From NCBI GenBank assembly GCA_016186905.1, contig JACPKS010000084.1:2261-66260 (forward strand): a stretch of 64,000 nt of DNA. Direction: 5' to 3'. Shown one piece after another: positions 9,342 to 18,280 of this stretch. The first letter of the stretch is position 1. Every line of letters begins with the position of its first letter. The DNA is from Deltaproteobacteria bacterium (GTDB lineage Bacteria > Bdellovibrionota > UBA1018 > UBA923). Below the pieces are notes generated by a model, which did not search any database, was not told the DNA's origin, and saw nothing but the letters and a program-made list of their open reading frames with translations. The position numbers were made by a program, and so were the translations under genes.

Positions 9342-10540
9342 CGACTCAGTTCAGTGGCGCCGCGGGTCGCGCGGCGCAGGGTAATGGAAAACGGGTTCTC
9401 GTGGCAATGAGCGGAGGAGTCGACAGCTCGGTTGCCGCGGCTTTGCTTAAGGTGCAGGGCTACGACGTCATCGGCGTGCACATGCAGCTCTGGGATCAGG
9501 CTGAAAAAATGCCTAAGAAGTCGAGCGGGAGCTGCTGCTCCATCGTCGACGCGGGCGACGCCCGACGCGTCTGCGATATCCTGGAAATCCCGTTTTACGT
9601 GATCAACGCGCGCGACCAGTTTCAGTCCGACGTGATCGATTATTTCGTCGGCGAGTACCTGCAGGCGCGCACGCCCAATCCGTGCGTGATGTGCAACAAC
9701 CGGCTGAAATTCAGTTTTCTGCTACGCAAGGCCGACGAGCTCAAGTGCGAGCTTGTGGGCACCGGCCACTACGCGAAGGTGATGCGCGACCATTCCACCG
9801 GCGAGATGCGGCTGTGCAAGGCGACCGATCCGCAAAAAGATCAGAGCTACTTTCTCTTCGGCCTCAAGCAGGAGGCGCTCGCGCGGGCCGTGATGCCGCT
9901 CGGCGATTTTTTGAAAGCCAACGTGCGCAGGCTTGCCGAGACTTTCAACCTTCCCGTCGCCGACAAAAAAGACAGCCAGGAAATCTGCTTCATCGACGAG
10001 GGCGGCTATAAGGGCTTCGTCGAAAGCCGTTCGGCCGAACACAACCGTCCGGGCGGACCGATCGTGAACCAGGAAGGCAACATCCTGGGGCATCACGCCG
10101 GACTTTATCGTTATACGATCGGCCAGCGAAAAGGGCTCGCCCTCGGTAGCCCCGACGCGCAGGATTTTTACGTGATCGGATACGATCTTGCGTTAAACGC
10201 GCTCATCGTCGGTCCGGAAAAAGAACTTTTTCGAAAGAGTCTTAATGCGAACAACTGCAACTGGATCGGCAGGCTCGATTTCACGAAGGGCATTCGCGCG
10301 ACGGCGAAAATCCGCTCGCGCCACGATGAGGCGCCATGCCTGATCACGGCTCTGAACAACGAAGGCGTCACGGCCGAGTTCGACGGGCCCCAGCGCGCAA
10401 TCACGCCGGGCCAGGCGATCGTGTTCTACCAAGGCGAAGTGCTGATCGGCGGCGGCTGGATCCAAGGGCTGACCGAGCCGGTGAGCACGAAACTCAAGGC
10501 GAGCGCCGGGCGTCAGCAAGGCGCGACAGCGCAGCTCTGA
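9338..10540 (+). CDS. mnmA: tRNA-specific 2-thiouridylase MnmA
   Basis: PP-loop VLVAMSGGVDSSVAA, catalytic Cys region, 400 aa. ATGA overlap with the desulfurase stop. Confidence 0.9.
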   Translation: MTTQFSGAAGRAAQGNGKRVLVAMSGGVDSSVAAALLKVQGYDVIGVHMQLWDQAEKMPKKSSGSCCSIVDAGDARRVCDILEIPFYVINARDQFQSDVIDYFVGEYLQARTPNPCVMCNNRLKFSFLLRKADELKCELVGTGHYAKVMRDHSTGEMRLCKATDPQKDQSYFLFGLKQEALARAVMPLGDFLKANVRRLAETFNLPVADKKDSQEICFIDEGGYKGFVESRSAEHNRPGGPIVNQEGNILGHHAGLYRYTIGQRKGLALGSPDAQDFYVIGYDLALNALIVGPEKELFRKSLNANNCNWIGRLDFTKGIRATAKIRSRHDEAPCLITALNNEGVTAEFDGPQRAITPGQAIVFYQGEVLIGGGWIQGLTEPVSTKLKASAGRQQGATAQL

Positions 10541-10570
10541 GTGAAACGCGGCTGCATGACAGGCACCCCG

Positions 10571-11956
10571 ATGTTCCGCTATTCCATCCGAACCCTGGGC
10601 TGCAAGGCCAACCTTTACGATTCGCTGGTGCTTGAGCGCGAACTCTCCGAACTTGGCGGCGAGCGCGACGACAAGAATCCCGATCTTTTTCTTCTCAATA
10701 GTTGCACCGTCACGCAATCGGCCGACAGCCAGTGCCTCTATGAAGTGCGCGCGCTCAAAAAACGTTCTCCCGAAGCCTGGACCGTCGTGACCGGCTGCTA
10801 CGCCGAGGTCGCCGAAGAAAAAATCCGCGCAAGCCTCGGAGTCGACGCGGTCATCAACAACCGCGGCAAGCGCGGCTTGAAGAAAATGGTCGCCGATCGT
10901 TTCGGTATCGCGCTCGTGAATGACCCCAGCGCGGCGGAATCGGATCTCGGCGCCGGAATTTATTGGGGGCAGCTTCCGGTATTCAAGGGGCGGGTGCGCG
11001 CGTTTTTGAAGATTCAGGAAGGCTGCAACGATTTCTGCACCTATTGCATTATTCCCTACGCGCGAGGCAAGAGCCGTTCGGTGCGGCCGGGACCTTTGAT
11101 TGCGGAAGCGCAGCGGCTTGCCGATGCCGGCGTGCGCGAGCTCGTGTTGACCGGAGTGAATATCGCGGATTACGGGCTCGATCACGGCTCCGATCCTCGT
11201 ACGTCGTTCGACGATCTCGTCGAGGCGCTGCTGGAGCGCACGACGATGCCGCGGATCCGCCTGAGCTCGCTCGATCCTTCGGAGATCAGCGATCGATTGC
11301 TTTCAATGATGACGGCGGGCGGGCGCCTCATGCCGCATTTCCACGTTTCGCTGCAAAGCGCGGTAAGCCGCGTGTTGCGCGCGATGAAGCGGGCGTACCG
11401 CGCCGAAGACGTCGAAGCGGCGCTCGAACGCATCCATGCCAGAAGCTCCGGGATTTTCGTGGGCATGGACGTGATCGCGGGTTTCGCTTCCGAGACCGAC
11501 GAGGAACATCGCGAGGGGCTTCGTCGCCTGGAGCGTCTTCCATGGACGCGGCTGCATGTGTTTCCCTACTCGGAGCGCGGGGGAACGCCTGCCGCGCGAA
11601 TCCCGGGCGCGGTCGAACCCCGCGCGCGCTTTGAGCGCGCAAGAGAGCTGCTGGAACTTTCCCGCGTTCGGCACGAGGCTTTCGTGAAGCGATATGTCGG
11701 GAAACGCGTCGACGGCGTTTTGTTCGAGAGTGCGTTCGAGGCCGGCGGCGACCATTTCGTGGCCGGGCATTCGCCGAATTACCTGCGCGTGATGGCGCGC
11801 ATGCCGTCGCGCACGGAAGAAGAGGCGAGGTCTCGTTCGAACACGATCGCTTCGGTGCGCGCTCTGGGCGCGCTTCCGAAGCCTGAGCAGGACTGGACGC
11901 TTGAAGCGGCGATCGAAAACGCGGTTTTCGACGCGGGGGAGGCGGGTCATGCCTGA
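10571..11956 (+). CDS. MiaB-family radical-SAM tRNA methylthiotransferase (MtaB-like)
   Basis: N-terminal MTTase domain (RTLGCKANLYDS), radical SAM CNDFCTYCIIPYARG, C-terminal TRAM-like region. ATG at 10571 gives the canonical MFRYSIRTLGCK start; the track start at 10541 is GTG. Confidence 0.8.
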   Translation: MFRYSIRTLGCKANLYDSLVLERELSELGGERDDKNPDLFLLNSCTVTQSADSQCLYEVRALKKRSPEAWTVVTGCYAEVAEEKIRASLGVDAVINNRGKRGLKKMVADRFGIALVNDPSAAESDLGAGIYWGQLPVFKGRVRAFLKIQEGCNDFCTYCIIPYARGKSRSVRPGPLIAEAQRLADAGVRELVLTGVNIADYGLDHGSDPRTSFDDLVEALLERTTMPRIRLSSLDPSEISDRLLSMMTAGGRLMPHFHVSLQSAVSRVLRAMKRAYRAEDVEAALERIHARSSGIFVGMDVIAGFASETDEEHREGLRRLERLPWTRLHVFPYSERGGTPAARIPGAVEPRARFERARELLELSRVRHEAFVKRYVGKRVDGVLFESAFEAGGDHFVAGHSPNYLRVMARMPSRTEEEARSRSNTIASVRALGALPKPEQDWTLEAAIENAVFDAGEAGHA

Positions 11957-12656
11957 GCGTGCCGGATTCGGCAAAAAACTGGGTTATCGTTTTCGCGACT
12001 TGAAGTGGCTTGAGCTGGCGCTCATCCACAAATCTTTCGGAAATGAAAACCGCGGGGACATCGCGATCGACGAGCGCGACAACGAACGCCTTGAATTTTT
12101 AGGCGACGCCGTTCTCGACCTCGTGATTTCCGAAATACTCCTGAGCGAATATCGGGATTGGTCCGAGGGCGAACTCTCGAAGATGCGGGCAAGCCTCGTG
12201 AACGAGCGCGTGCTGGCAAGCCTCGCGCGCGATCTGGGGCTTGGAAGCCTTCTGAAACTTGGAAAGGGCGAGGAGCAAACCGGAGGGCGCGACAAAGACA
12301 GTATTCTCGCGAGCACGCTCGAAGCCGTGATTGCGGCGATTTACATGGACGCGGGTTACAAGGCGGCGCGGACGTGGGTGCAGGCGAGTTTTCTCTCGCG
12401 CTTGCGCCGGGCCCCGGCCGACGAGTCGTACGGCGATTTCAAGACGCGCCTGCAGGAAATCGTTCAGGCTCGCTTTAAGTCCGCTCCACGGTATGAGCTT
12501 ATCCAGACCGAGGGGCCGGATCACGACAAGACGTTTGAGGTGCGGCTGATCGTCGATGGAAAGGCCGTCGCGTCGGCAAGCGGCAAGAGCAAGAAAGAAG
12601 CCGAACAAAACGCCGCGCGCGCGGCACTGGCCAATCTTATTGAAGATTCCGAATGA
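11949..12656 (+). CDS. rnc: Ribonuclease III
   Basis: RNase III signature ERLEFLGDAVLDLVISE plus C-terminal dsRBD (KTFEVRLIVDGKAVASASGKSKKEAEQNAARAAL). ATGCCTGA overlap with the upstream gene. Confidence 0.9.
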   Translation: MPERAGFGKKLGYRFRDLKWLELALIHKSFGNENRGDIAIDERDNERLEFLGDAVLDLVISEILLSEYRDWSEGELSKMRASLVNERVLASLARDLGLGSLLKLGKGEEQTGGRDKDSILASTLEAVIAAIYMDAGYKAARTWVQASFLSRLRRAPADESYGDFKTRLQEIVQARFKSAPRYELIQTEGPDHDKTFEVRLIVDGKAVASASGKSKKEAEQNAARAALANLIEDSE

Positions 12657-13789
12657 TCATCCCGATCTTCACGCCGCACGGCGGATGCCCCGAGCGTTGC
12701 CGGTTTTGCGACCAAAGTGTCAGCGGCGGCGATCCCGTAAGCCACGCGCGCGTTCGCGCCACGATCGAGGCGCATCTCGCGACCTCGCCCGACGGTCGGG
12801 CCGAAGAAATCGCTTTTTACGGCGGTACCTTCACCGCAATGACGAAAGAACGCCAGCTTGCTTATCTTTCCGCCGCGAAGCCATACCTTGACGGCGGCCT
12901 GATCGGCGCCGTTCGCGTGAGCACTCGCCCGGACGCGCTCGATCGCGATTGGCTCGCGCGCCTTCGCGATGGGTTTCGGCTGCGAACGGTGGAGCTTGGC
13001 GTGCAGTCAGTGAGTGCCACTGTTCTTGAACGGCTTGGCCGCTCCCATGGCGTAGAGTGCATCGAGCCCGCCTTGGATTTGCTTGGCGAGCTCGGGCTGG
13101 TTGCCGGTCTGCATTTCATGGTGGGCTGCCCGGGCGAGGCAGAGGACGATGACCGCCGTTGTCTGGAATTTCTCGCGCGCGTTCGCGCGCGCGTAAGGTA
13201 CGCGCGCCTTCATCCGCTTCTTGTTCTCGCGGATACGGCGCTTGAAAACGATTTCCGCGCGGGGCTGTTCGCGCCGATTCCGCTTGAGATCGCGGTTGAG
13301 CGTTGCGCGGCTCTCACCGAGAAAATCGAAGCACTTGGCATCCGAGTGATCAGGCTAGGGCTTCAGCCCAATGAAATCCTCGCGGAGTCGATTGTGGCCG
13401 GTCCTTTTCATCCCGCGTTCGGCGACTTGGTTCGAGGCCGAATCCTCAGAAATCGGGTCGCGGGGATGCTTGAGAATCGGGCTAAGAGCGCGGAAGGCAA
13501 GGGCGACCGCCGTCGCCCCCCGGGCCTGGACGTCGAAGTGAGAGTCCCTGAGGCCCTTCTGGGGCGGTTTAAGGGACCCAGGGCGGCCAATCTGGATTGG
13601 CTTAAGCGCCGCTTTAACCTATCCACGCTGCGGGTAGTCGTGGTACAGAAAGCGGCAACCCATGGCCACGAGAGTAATACCGAAAACGGCGGTGAAAACC
13701 GCCTCCAGTACGAGTGTTCCGGCGGTGCGATCGGGATTCGTGACGTTGCTCGGCCTTCCGAACGCCGGCAAATCGAGCTTTCTCAATAA
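12653..13789 (+). CDS. Radical SAM protein (ELP3/YhcC-like Fe-S oxidoreductase)
   Basis: Cx3Cx2C motif IFTPHGGCPERCRFCDQ at the N-terminus, about 378 aa. The 3' end overlaps the era start. Confidence 0.6.
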   Translation: MIIPIFTPHGGCPERCRFCDQSVSGGDPVSHARVRATIEAHLATSPDGRAEEIAFYGGTFTAMTKERQLAYLSAAKPYLDGGLIGAVRVSTRPDALDRDWLARLRDGFRLRTVELGVQSVSATVLERLGRSHGVECIEPALDLLGELGLVAGLHFMVGCPGEAEDDDRRCLEFLARVRARVRYARLHPLLVLADTALENDFRAGLFAPIPLEIAVERCAALTEKIEALGIRVIRLGLQPNEILAESIVAGPFHPAFGDLVRGRILRNRVAGMLENRAKSAEGKGDRRRPPGLDVEVRVPEALLGRFKGPRAANLDWLKRRFNLSTLRVVVVQKAATHGHESNTENGGENRLQYECSGGAIGIRDVARPSERRQIELSQ

Positions 13790-14681
13790 GCTCGTCGGCT
13801 GCGATCTCGCCATCGTTTCGCCCAAGGCGCAGACGACTTGGCGGATTTTGCGCGGGCACGTCGTTCGCCCCGGCCTCGAACTGGTTCTCGTCGACACTCC
13901 CGGCGTGCAGGAAGGCTCGAAGGCCCTGAACTTAGCGCTCGCCCGCAACGCCATCCGCGCGGTGACCGCGGCGAAAGAAGGCCGCGAGACCGTCGCGTTT
14001 CTCGTCGACGCGAAAGATTTGTTCGAGCGTCTTAAGGCCGGAAAGCCCGCGGCGCTCGAAGCGATTCCGCGGGTGCTGGAGCGCGAGGGCATTCGGCTGC
14101 CGCTCGCATTCGATCTCATCCCGACACTCAACAAATCGGATCTCGTCAAGAAGCCCGAAGACCGCGCGCGCGTTGAAGCTCACGTGGTTGAGGTCGCGCG
14201 CAAACTTGCCGCAGCACCAAAGCCGTGTCTGTGGGTCTCAAGCCGCGCAGGCGAGGGTCTTGAGAATTGGATTACCGCGGTCTCGGCGCTTTTCCCCCAA
14301 GTACTGCCCGGCGCGCTTTTTGAGCAGGACACGCTTTCCGATCGCAACGTGCGCGACTTCGCCGCCGAGTACGTGCGGGAGCAGTGCTTCTTGCAGCTGG
14401 GCGAAGAGCTGCCGTATTCGACGGCGGTTCAGATCGGGAATTTCGACGAGAAAGACCCCAAGATCATCCGCATCGAAGCCGTTCTGCACGTCGAGCAGGA
14501 AAGCCAAAAGAGGATCGTCGTGGGAAGCCACGGCTCGAAGATCAAATCGATCGGCACGCGCGCGCGCAACCGCATTGAAACTTTTTTGGGCCGAAAAGTC
14601 TTCCTGGGTTTGCGGGTGAAGGTTTCGCCGCGCTGGGCGCGCGAAGAGTCGCAGGTGAAGAGGTTTGGCTATGCGGAATAG
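13725..14681 (+). CDS. era: GTPase Era
   Basis: G1 GLPNAGKSS, AQTT, DTPG, NKSD, and C-terminal KH domain. GTG at 13725 gives a canonical M-RSGFVTLLG Era N-terminus; the ORF-track start at 13662 overlaps the upstream gene by 127 nt. Confidence 0.85.
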   Translation: MRSGFVTLLGLPNAGKSSFLNKLVGCDLAIVSPKAQTTWRILRGHVVRPGLELVLVDTPGVQEGSKALNLALARNAIRAVTAAKEGRETVAFLVDAKDLFERLKAGKPAALEAIPRVLEREGIRLPLAFDLIPTLNKSDLVKKPEDRARVEAHVVEVARKLAAAPKPCLWVSSRAGEGLENWITAVSALFPQVLPGALFEQDTLSDRNVRDFAAEYVREQCFLQLGEELPYSTAVQIGNFDEKDPKIIRIEAVLHVEQESQKRIVVGSHGSKIKSIGTRARNRIETFLGRKVFLGLRVKVSPRWAREESQVKRFGYAE

Positions 14682-16122
14682 CCCTCCACGCGTGGCTCTT
14701 TGCGGCCGTCCCAATGTGGGAAAAAGCACGCTTTTTAACCGGCTCGTCGGACGAAAAAAGGCGTTGGTGTTGGATGAGCCGGGAGTGACCCGCGACGTGC
14801 ATCGCGCGCGCGTTCGCTGGGACGGCGGCGGCGAGCTCGAGCTCGCGGATCTGGCGGGGCTGGAGCTCTGGCATGACCGCGATGCGGACCATCGCAAGAG
14901 CGGAACGCTTGCGGCGCGCGAACAACTCGAGCTCAAGCGCCTCGCGATCGACGCCGCGAAGGAATACTTAAAGCAAGCCGACCTCGTGCTCCTCTTGGTG
15001 GACGCGCGCGCGGGAGTTACGCCCGCTGACGAAGAGCTCGCGCGCCTCGTGCGCCGAACCGGAAGAGACGCCTTGGTGGTGCTCTCGAAAGTCGAGGGAA
15101 GTGTGGGCGAGCAGGCAAGCCTTGAGGCGGCAACACTCGGTTTTGACGACGCGATCAAGACGTCGGCCGAACATAACTTGGGAATCGACGAGCTTAAGGA
15201 AGCCGTGCTCGCGAACATCGACGTGGAAACAAACGTGGAGTCGGCCGAAGACGTCGCCGGCGGCGAGGCGGCGGGTGTTGCTGCTGGCGAAGCCGCGCGC
15301 GGACCGCGCGGGCTGACGGCGGATCGGCCCGTCAGGCTCGGCGTCTACGGCCGCCCGAACGTGGGAAAGAGCACGCTCGTCAACGCGCTCTTAGGCGAAA
15401 AGCGCATGATCACTTCGCATATCGCGGGAACGACCGTCGACACGGTTGATACGGACTTCACGGCCGACGGGCGATTTTACAGGATTCTCGACACCGCCGG
15501 CATCCGCAAGAAGTCGAAGACCGAGCAGGGGGTCGAGGTTTTAAGCGTTGTCCGCGCGCTCCATTCGCTTGCCGACGTCGACGTGGCGCTGTTTCTGATC
15601 GACGGCTATGAGGGCGTGACCGATCAAGACGAAAAAATAGCGGGCGAGATCGTGCGAAGCGGAAAGTCGGCCGTGCTCGTCGTCAATAAATGGGACCTCT
15701 GCGGCGTAACGGAAGAAGAGTACGCGGCGCGCGTGCGCGAGACGTTCGGATTTCTCGATTTCGCGCCGATTCTTTTCGTGAGCGCCGCGAAGGGGAAGGG
15801 CCTTGAGTCGCTCTGGGAACTGATCGCCGAGGTTCTCGGGCAGCGCCACGCGATGGCCGCCACACCCGAACTCAACCGCTTTCTTGAAGTCATCGAAGGC
15901 GAGAACAACCCCACCGGCGTGAAGCTGTATTACGCGAGCCAGATCTCGAAGAACCCGCCCACGATCGCGATGATCGTAAGCGATCCGCGCAAGGTGCATT
16001 TCGCGTACGAGCGGTTTCTCAAAAACGAGCTTCGAAAACGCTTCGGTTGGATGGGAACGCCGCTGCGCCTGTTGTTCCGCGCGAAAAAACGCAGCCCGAG
16101 CAAGAAAGATCGCAGAACTTGA
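14665..16122 (+). CDS. der: GTPase Der (EngA), double GTPase domain
   Basis: Two G domains (GRPNVGKSTLFN and GRPNVGKSTLVN) plus C-terminal KH-like domain, 485 aa. Confidence 0.9.
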   Translation: MAMRNSPPRVALCGRPNVGKSTLFNRLVGRKKALVLDEPGVTRDVHRARVRWDGGGELELADLAGLELWHDRDADHRKSGTLAAREQLELKRLAIDAAKEYLKQADLVLLLVDARAGVTPADEELARLVRRTGRDALVVLSKVEGSVGEQASLEAATLGFDDAIKTSAEHNLGIDELKEAVLANIDVETNVESAEDVAGGEAAGVAAGEAARGPRGLTADRPVRLGVYGRPNVGKSTLVNALLGEKRMITSHIAGTTVDTVDTDFTADGRFYRILDTAGIRKKSKTEQGVEVLSVVRALHSLADVDVALFLIDGYEGVTDQDEKIAGEIVRSGKSAVLVVNKWDLCGVTEEEYAARVRETFGFLDFAPILFVSAAKGKGLESLWELIAEVLGQRHAMAATPELNRFLEVIEGENNPTGVKLYYASQISKNPPTIAMIVSDPRKVHFAYERFLKNELRKRFGWMGTPLRLLFRAKKRSPSKKDRRT

Positions 16123-16137
16123 TTACCTGTTAATCAA

Positions 16138-16211
16138 ACGCCTATGCCGGTGCGCTTGCCGAACCCATAGCCCGAAGGGCGTGGTGAGTGCAAGCGCACC
16201 GGCATAGGCGT
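16138..16211. terminator. 21-bp perfect inverted repeat (ACGCCTATGCCGGTGCGCTTG / CAAGCGCACCGGCATAGGCGT) around a 32-nt loop that itself contains a GCCC-GAA-GGGC mini-hairpin. Bidirectional terminator or REP-like structured element.
   Basis: Base-by-base pairing checked: 16138-16158 pairs with 16191-16211. Sits exactly between the convergent der and OMP stops. No flanking U-run on either strand. Confidence 0.6.
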
Positions 16212-16216
16212 GTAAA

Positions 16217-16978
16217 TCACCAAGTAAACAACAACATCATGCCAAACGAGTACCAGGTGCCGGTCTTGTCGGCGATGCCCGAGGTCGCGAATTTCGTGTC
16301 GAACTGGTCGTTGAACGAGACGAAGTGCGCAGCCGCGTTGAGATCGAGGAAAGTTTTCTTGGGCTTGAGCGTGAGCTCGAACCCCAGTCCTGCGTTGAAG
16401 CCCACGGCTTGCTCTTCTTGGATGGTTCCGCCCGTCGTGGTGGCTCCGGTGCCTGAGCCGATATTGTCGGTGCGTTTGTAGATTCCCGCTCCCGCGAGCA
16501 GGTGAGGGCCGACGAACGCGAGCGGCGCCGAAAGATCGTGCGTGTCGAAGTAGTATCGAATCTGCGGGATGAACCGAAAGAGATTCACGCTGGTCAAGCC
16601 GTCGGGCTGAACGTCGTAACTATGTTTGCTGTTTTGAATCCCGAGCGAGAACGCGAAGTGAAAGTCGAACCAGTAGACGAGCTGAAAATCGAGCGTGGGA
16701 AAGCCGCCCTGATAAAGCCTGCCGGCGTTGCCGCTCGCCGACGTGAACCCTCCGCCGAGCCCCACGCCGAAGAACCGGCCATACTGAAAAAATTTCTCGT
16801 CCTCGGCCTCTTCCTCGGCCGATTCGAACTCGCCGTAGCCCGAGTAGGGGCTTTCGATGATTTCGTTTTCAGGGGGCGTTGCGGTTGGATTCTCGGCCGC
16901 GCGTGCCGGCGCAAGCGCGGGCGGCGCGGACGCGGCGGCCGCCGCCAGGATCGCGAGCCAGAGACGTCCGCGCCGGAA
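16217..16978 (-). CDS. Outer-membrane beta-barrel protein (OMP_b-brl family); start codon unresolved
   Basis: ORF-track part 16217..16765. The same frame stays open upstream and encodes a signal-peptide-like RRGRLWLAILAAAAASAPPALAPARAAE with no ATG. C-terminal aromatic ...LLFTW. Confidence 0.5.
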   Translation of the reverse strand, partial: FRRGRLWLAILAAAAASAPPALAPARAAENPTATPPENEIIESPYSGYGEFESAEEEAEDEKFFQYGRFFGVGLGGGFTSASGNAGRLYQGGFPTLDFQLVYWFDFHFAFSLGIQNSKHSYDVQPDGLTSVNLFRFIPQIRYYFDTHDLSAPLAFVGPHLLAGAGIYKRTDNIGSGTGATTTGGTIQEEQAVGFNAGLGFELTLKPKKTFLDLNAAAHFVSFNDQFDTKFATSGIADKTGTWYSFGMMLLFTW

Positions 16979-16991
16979 ACGCTCTGAGATC

Positions 16992-17504
16992 TCAGAAATA
17001 GAAGTGCATCCCCGCTTGCAGGAAAGTGAAGCCGACGGTTTTAATCCCGAACGATCCTGTCGCGTTGTTCGCGCTCACACCGGTTTCAAACGAGAAGCCG
17101 AGGCTTTCGATTCCCGGTATGAAGAACTCGGCGCCCAAGAGGCCCAGCAGCTCAACGCCCGAATTCGTTCCCTTCACGTACGCAAGGCCCAAAGCCGCGT
17201 AGAAGTTAAGGTTCTGTTCGAAAAAGAGGTTTCGGAAGAGCTTTCCGCCGAACGTCGCGGCTGTCGGCACCGAGGTATTGAAGCCCAGGATGCCCGAGAC
17301 CGCGAGATCCTTGGACAGGCCGTATTTGAGGCTGATCGCGGGCACGGTGCGCGCTCCGCTTGAGTTCGAGAACTCGTCGACGAAACCGGCGCCGAGCCTT
17401 GCCGACATATCGCGCGCGCGCGCCGCCTGCGCCCATCCCAAAAGCAGAAAGACCAGGAGCGGGCAAAGGCACTGGCTTCTGGAAAAGCCCTTGAAAAGGT
17501 TCAT
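16992..17504 (-). CDS. Small outer-membrane beta-barrel protein (OmpW/OmpX-like, 8-strand class)
   Basis: Signal peptide MNLFKGF...LLGWAQAARA, alternating amphipathic beta strands, C-terminal ...GMHFYF ending in Phe. Confidence 0.6.
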   Translation of the reverse strand: MNLFKGFSRSQCLCPLLVFLLLGWAQAARARDMSARLGAGFVDEFSNSSGARTVPAISLKYGLSKDLAVSGILGFNTSVPTAATFGGKLFRNLFFEQNLNFYAALGLAYVKGTNSGVELLGLLGAEFFIPGIESLGFSFETGVSANNATGSFGIKTVGFTFLQAGMHFYF

Positions 17505-17548
17505 GAAAGCAGGTTACTCGTAAAAGGGATACGCTGCAAGGGGGAACC

Positions 17549-18280
17549 ATGTCGACTTCGCATCTGGATCGCAAGGAACTTAAAGCACCCGACGCCTTTC
17601 TCGCGAAAACGGGCGCGCTTTTCAAAGTCGTGCGGCAGAACGCGCGCGCGCTGTTCGTGGCGGCGGCGGTAGCCTTGGTCGGTTCGGCTGGTTATATCCT
17701 TTATCAAAACGCGAAGGCTGAAAAAGAAATGAAGGCCGAGAACGAGCTCTATGCGGCCAAAAAGAGTTTCGTCGAGACGATGTCGAAGCTTCCGAAGGGC
17801 GATGCCAAAGCTGCCCAGGATTGGAAGGCGAATTCCAAGGCTGATTTCGAACGTTTTGAGGCGCTCGCGCGAAAGCTTCCGAACACGGCGGCGGCCTACG
17901 ATGCGTGGATGACCCTGGGAAACATCAACTTTGAATTGGGCTCATCCGATGCGGCCGCCGCGGAAAGAGCCGCGCAATATTTCGAGAAGGCATCCACGAT
18001 CGCGCAGGGGAAGAGCCTGCAGGCGACCGCACTTTACGCGAAGGCCTATGCGCTGGAGACTCTCGGGAAGTACGACGAGGCGATCGGAGCTCTCTCTCGC
18101 CTGCTGGACTCCGATTTCAAGGGACTCAAAGCCGATAGTCTGATCGCGCTGGCCAGAAATAACGAGCTCAAGGGCGACAAGGCGAACGCGGTGAAACTCT
18201 ACGAACAGTTCATGAAGGATTTCCCGGATTCCACCATGAATAAGAGCGTCGAGGCGATCCTCGCGCGGCTGAAGAAATGA
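17549..18280 (+). CDS. Membrane-anchored TPR protein (YfgM-like)
   Basis: Single N-terminal TM helix (ALFVAAAVALVGSAGYILY) followed by TPR-like helical repeats. Lies immediately upstream of a BamB-like gene, as in yfgM-bamB. Confidence 0.55.
   Translation: MSTSHLDRKELKAPDAFLAKTGALFKVVRQNARALFVAAAVALVGSAGYILYQNAKAEKEMKAENELYAAKKSFVETMSKLPKGDAKAAQDWKANSKADFERFEALARKLPNTAAAYDAWMTLGNINFELGSSDAAAAERAAQYFEKASTIAQGKSLQATALYAKAYALETLGKYDEAIGALSRLLDSDFKGLKADSLIALARNNELKGDKANAVKLYEQFMKDFPDSTMNKSVEAILARLKK

Noticed and set aside
10193-11185. 330-aa minus-strand ORF antisense to mnmA and the methylthiotransferase gene
   Set aside because: Antisense to two conserved genes and low-complexity. A typical high-GC artefact.
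14238-15218. 326-aa minus-strand Ser/Ala/Arg-rich ORF antisense to era/der
   Set aside because: Low complexity, antisense to two universally conserved GTPases.
16138-16211. Possibility that the der/OMP hairpin is a tRNA or part of a CRISPR repeat
   Set aside because: There is no cloverleaf (single long stem only) and no repeat-spacer periodicity nearby.
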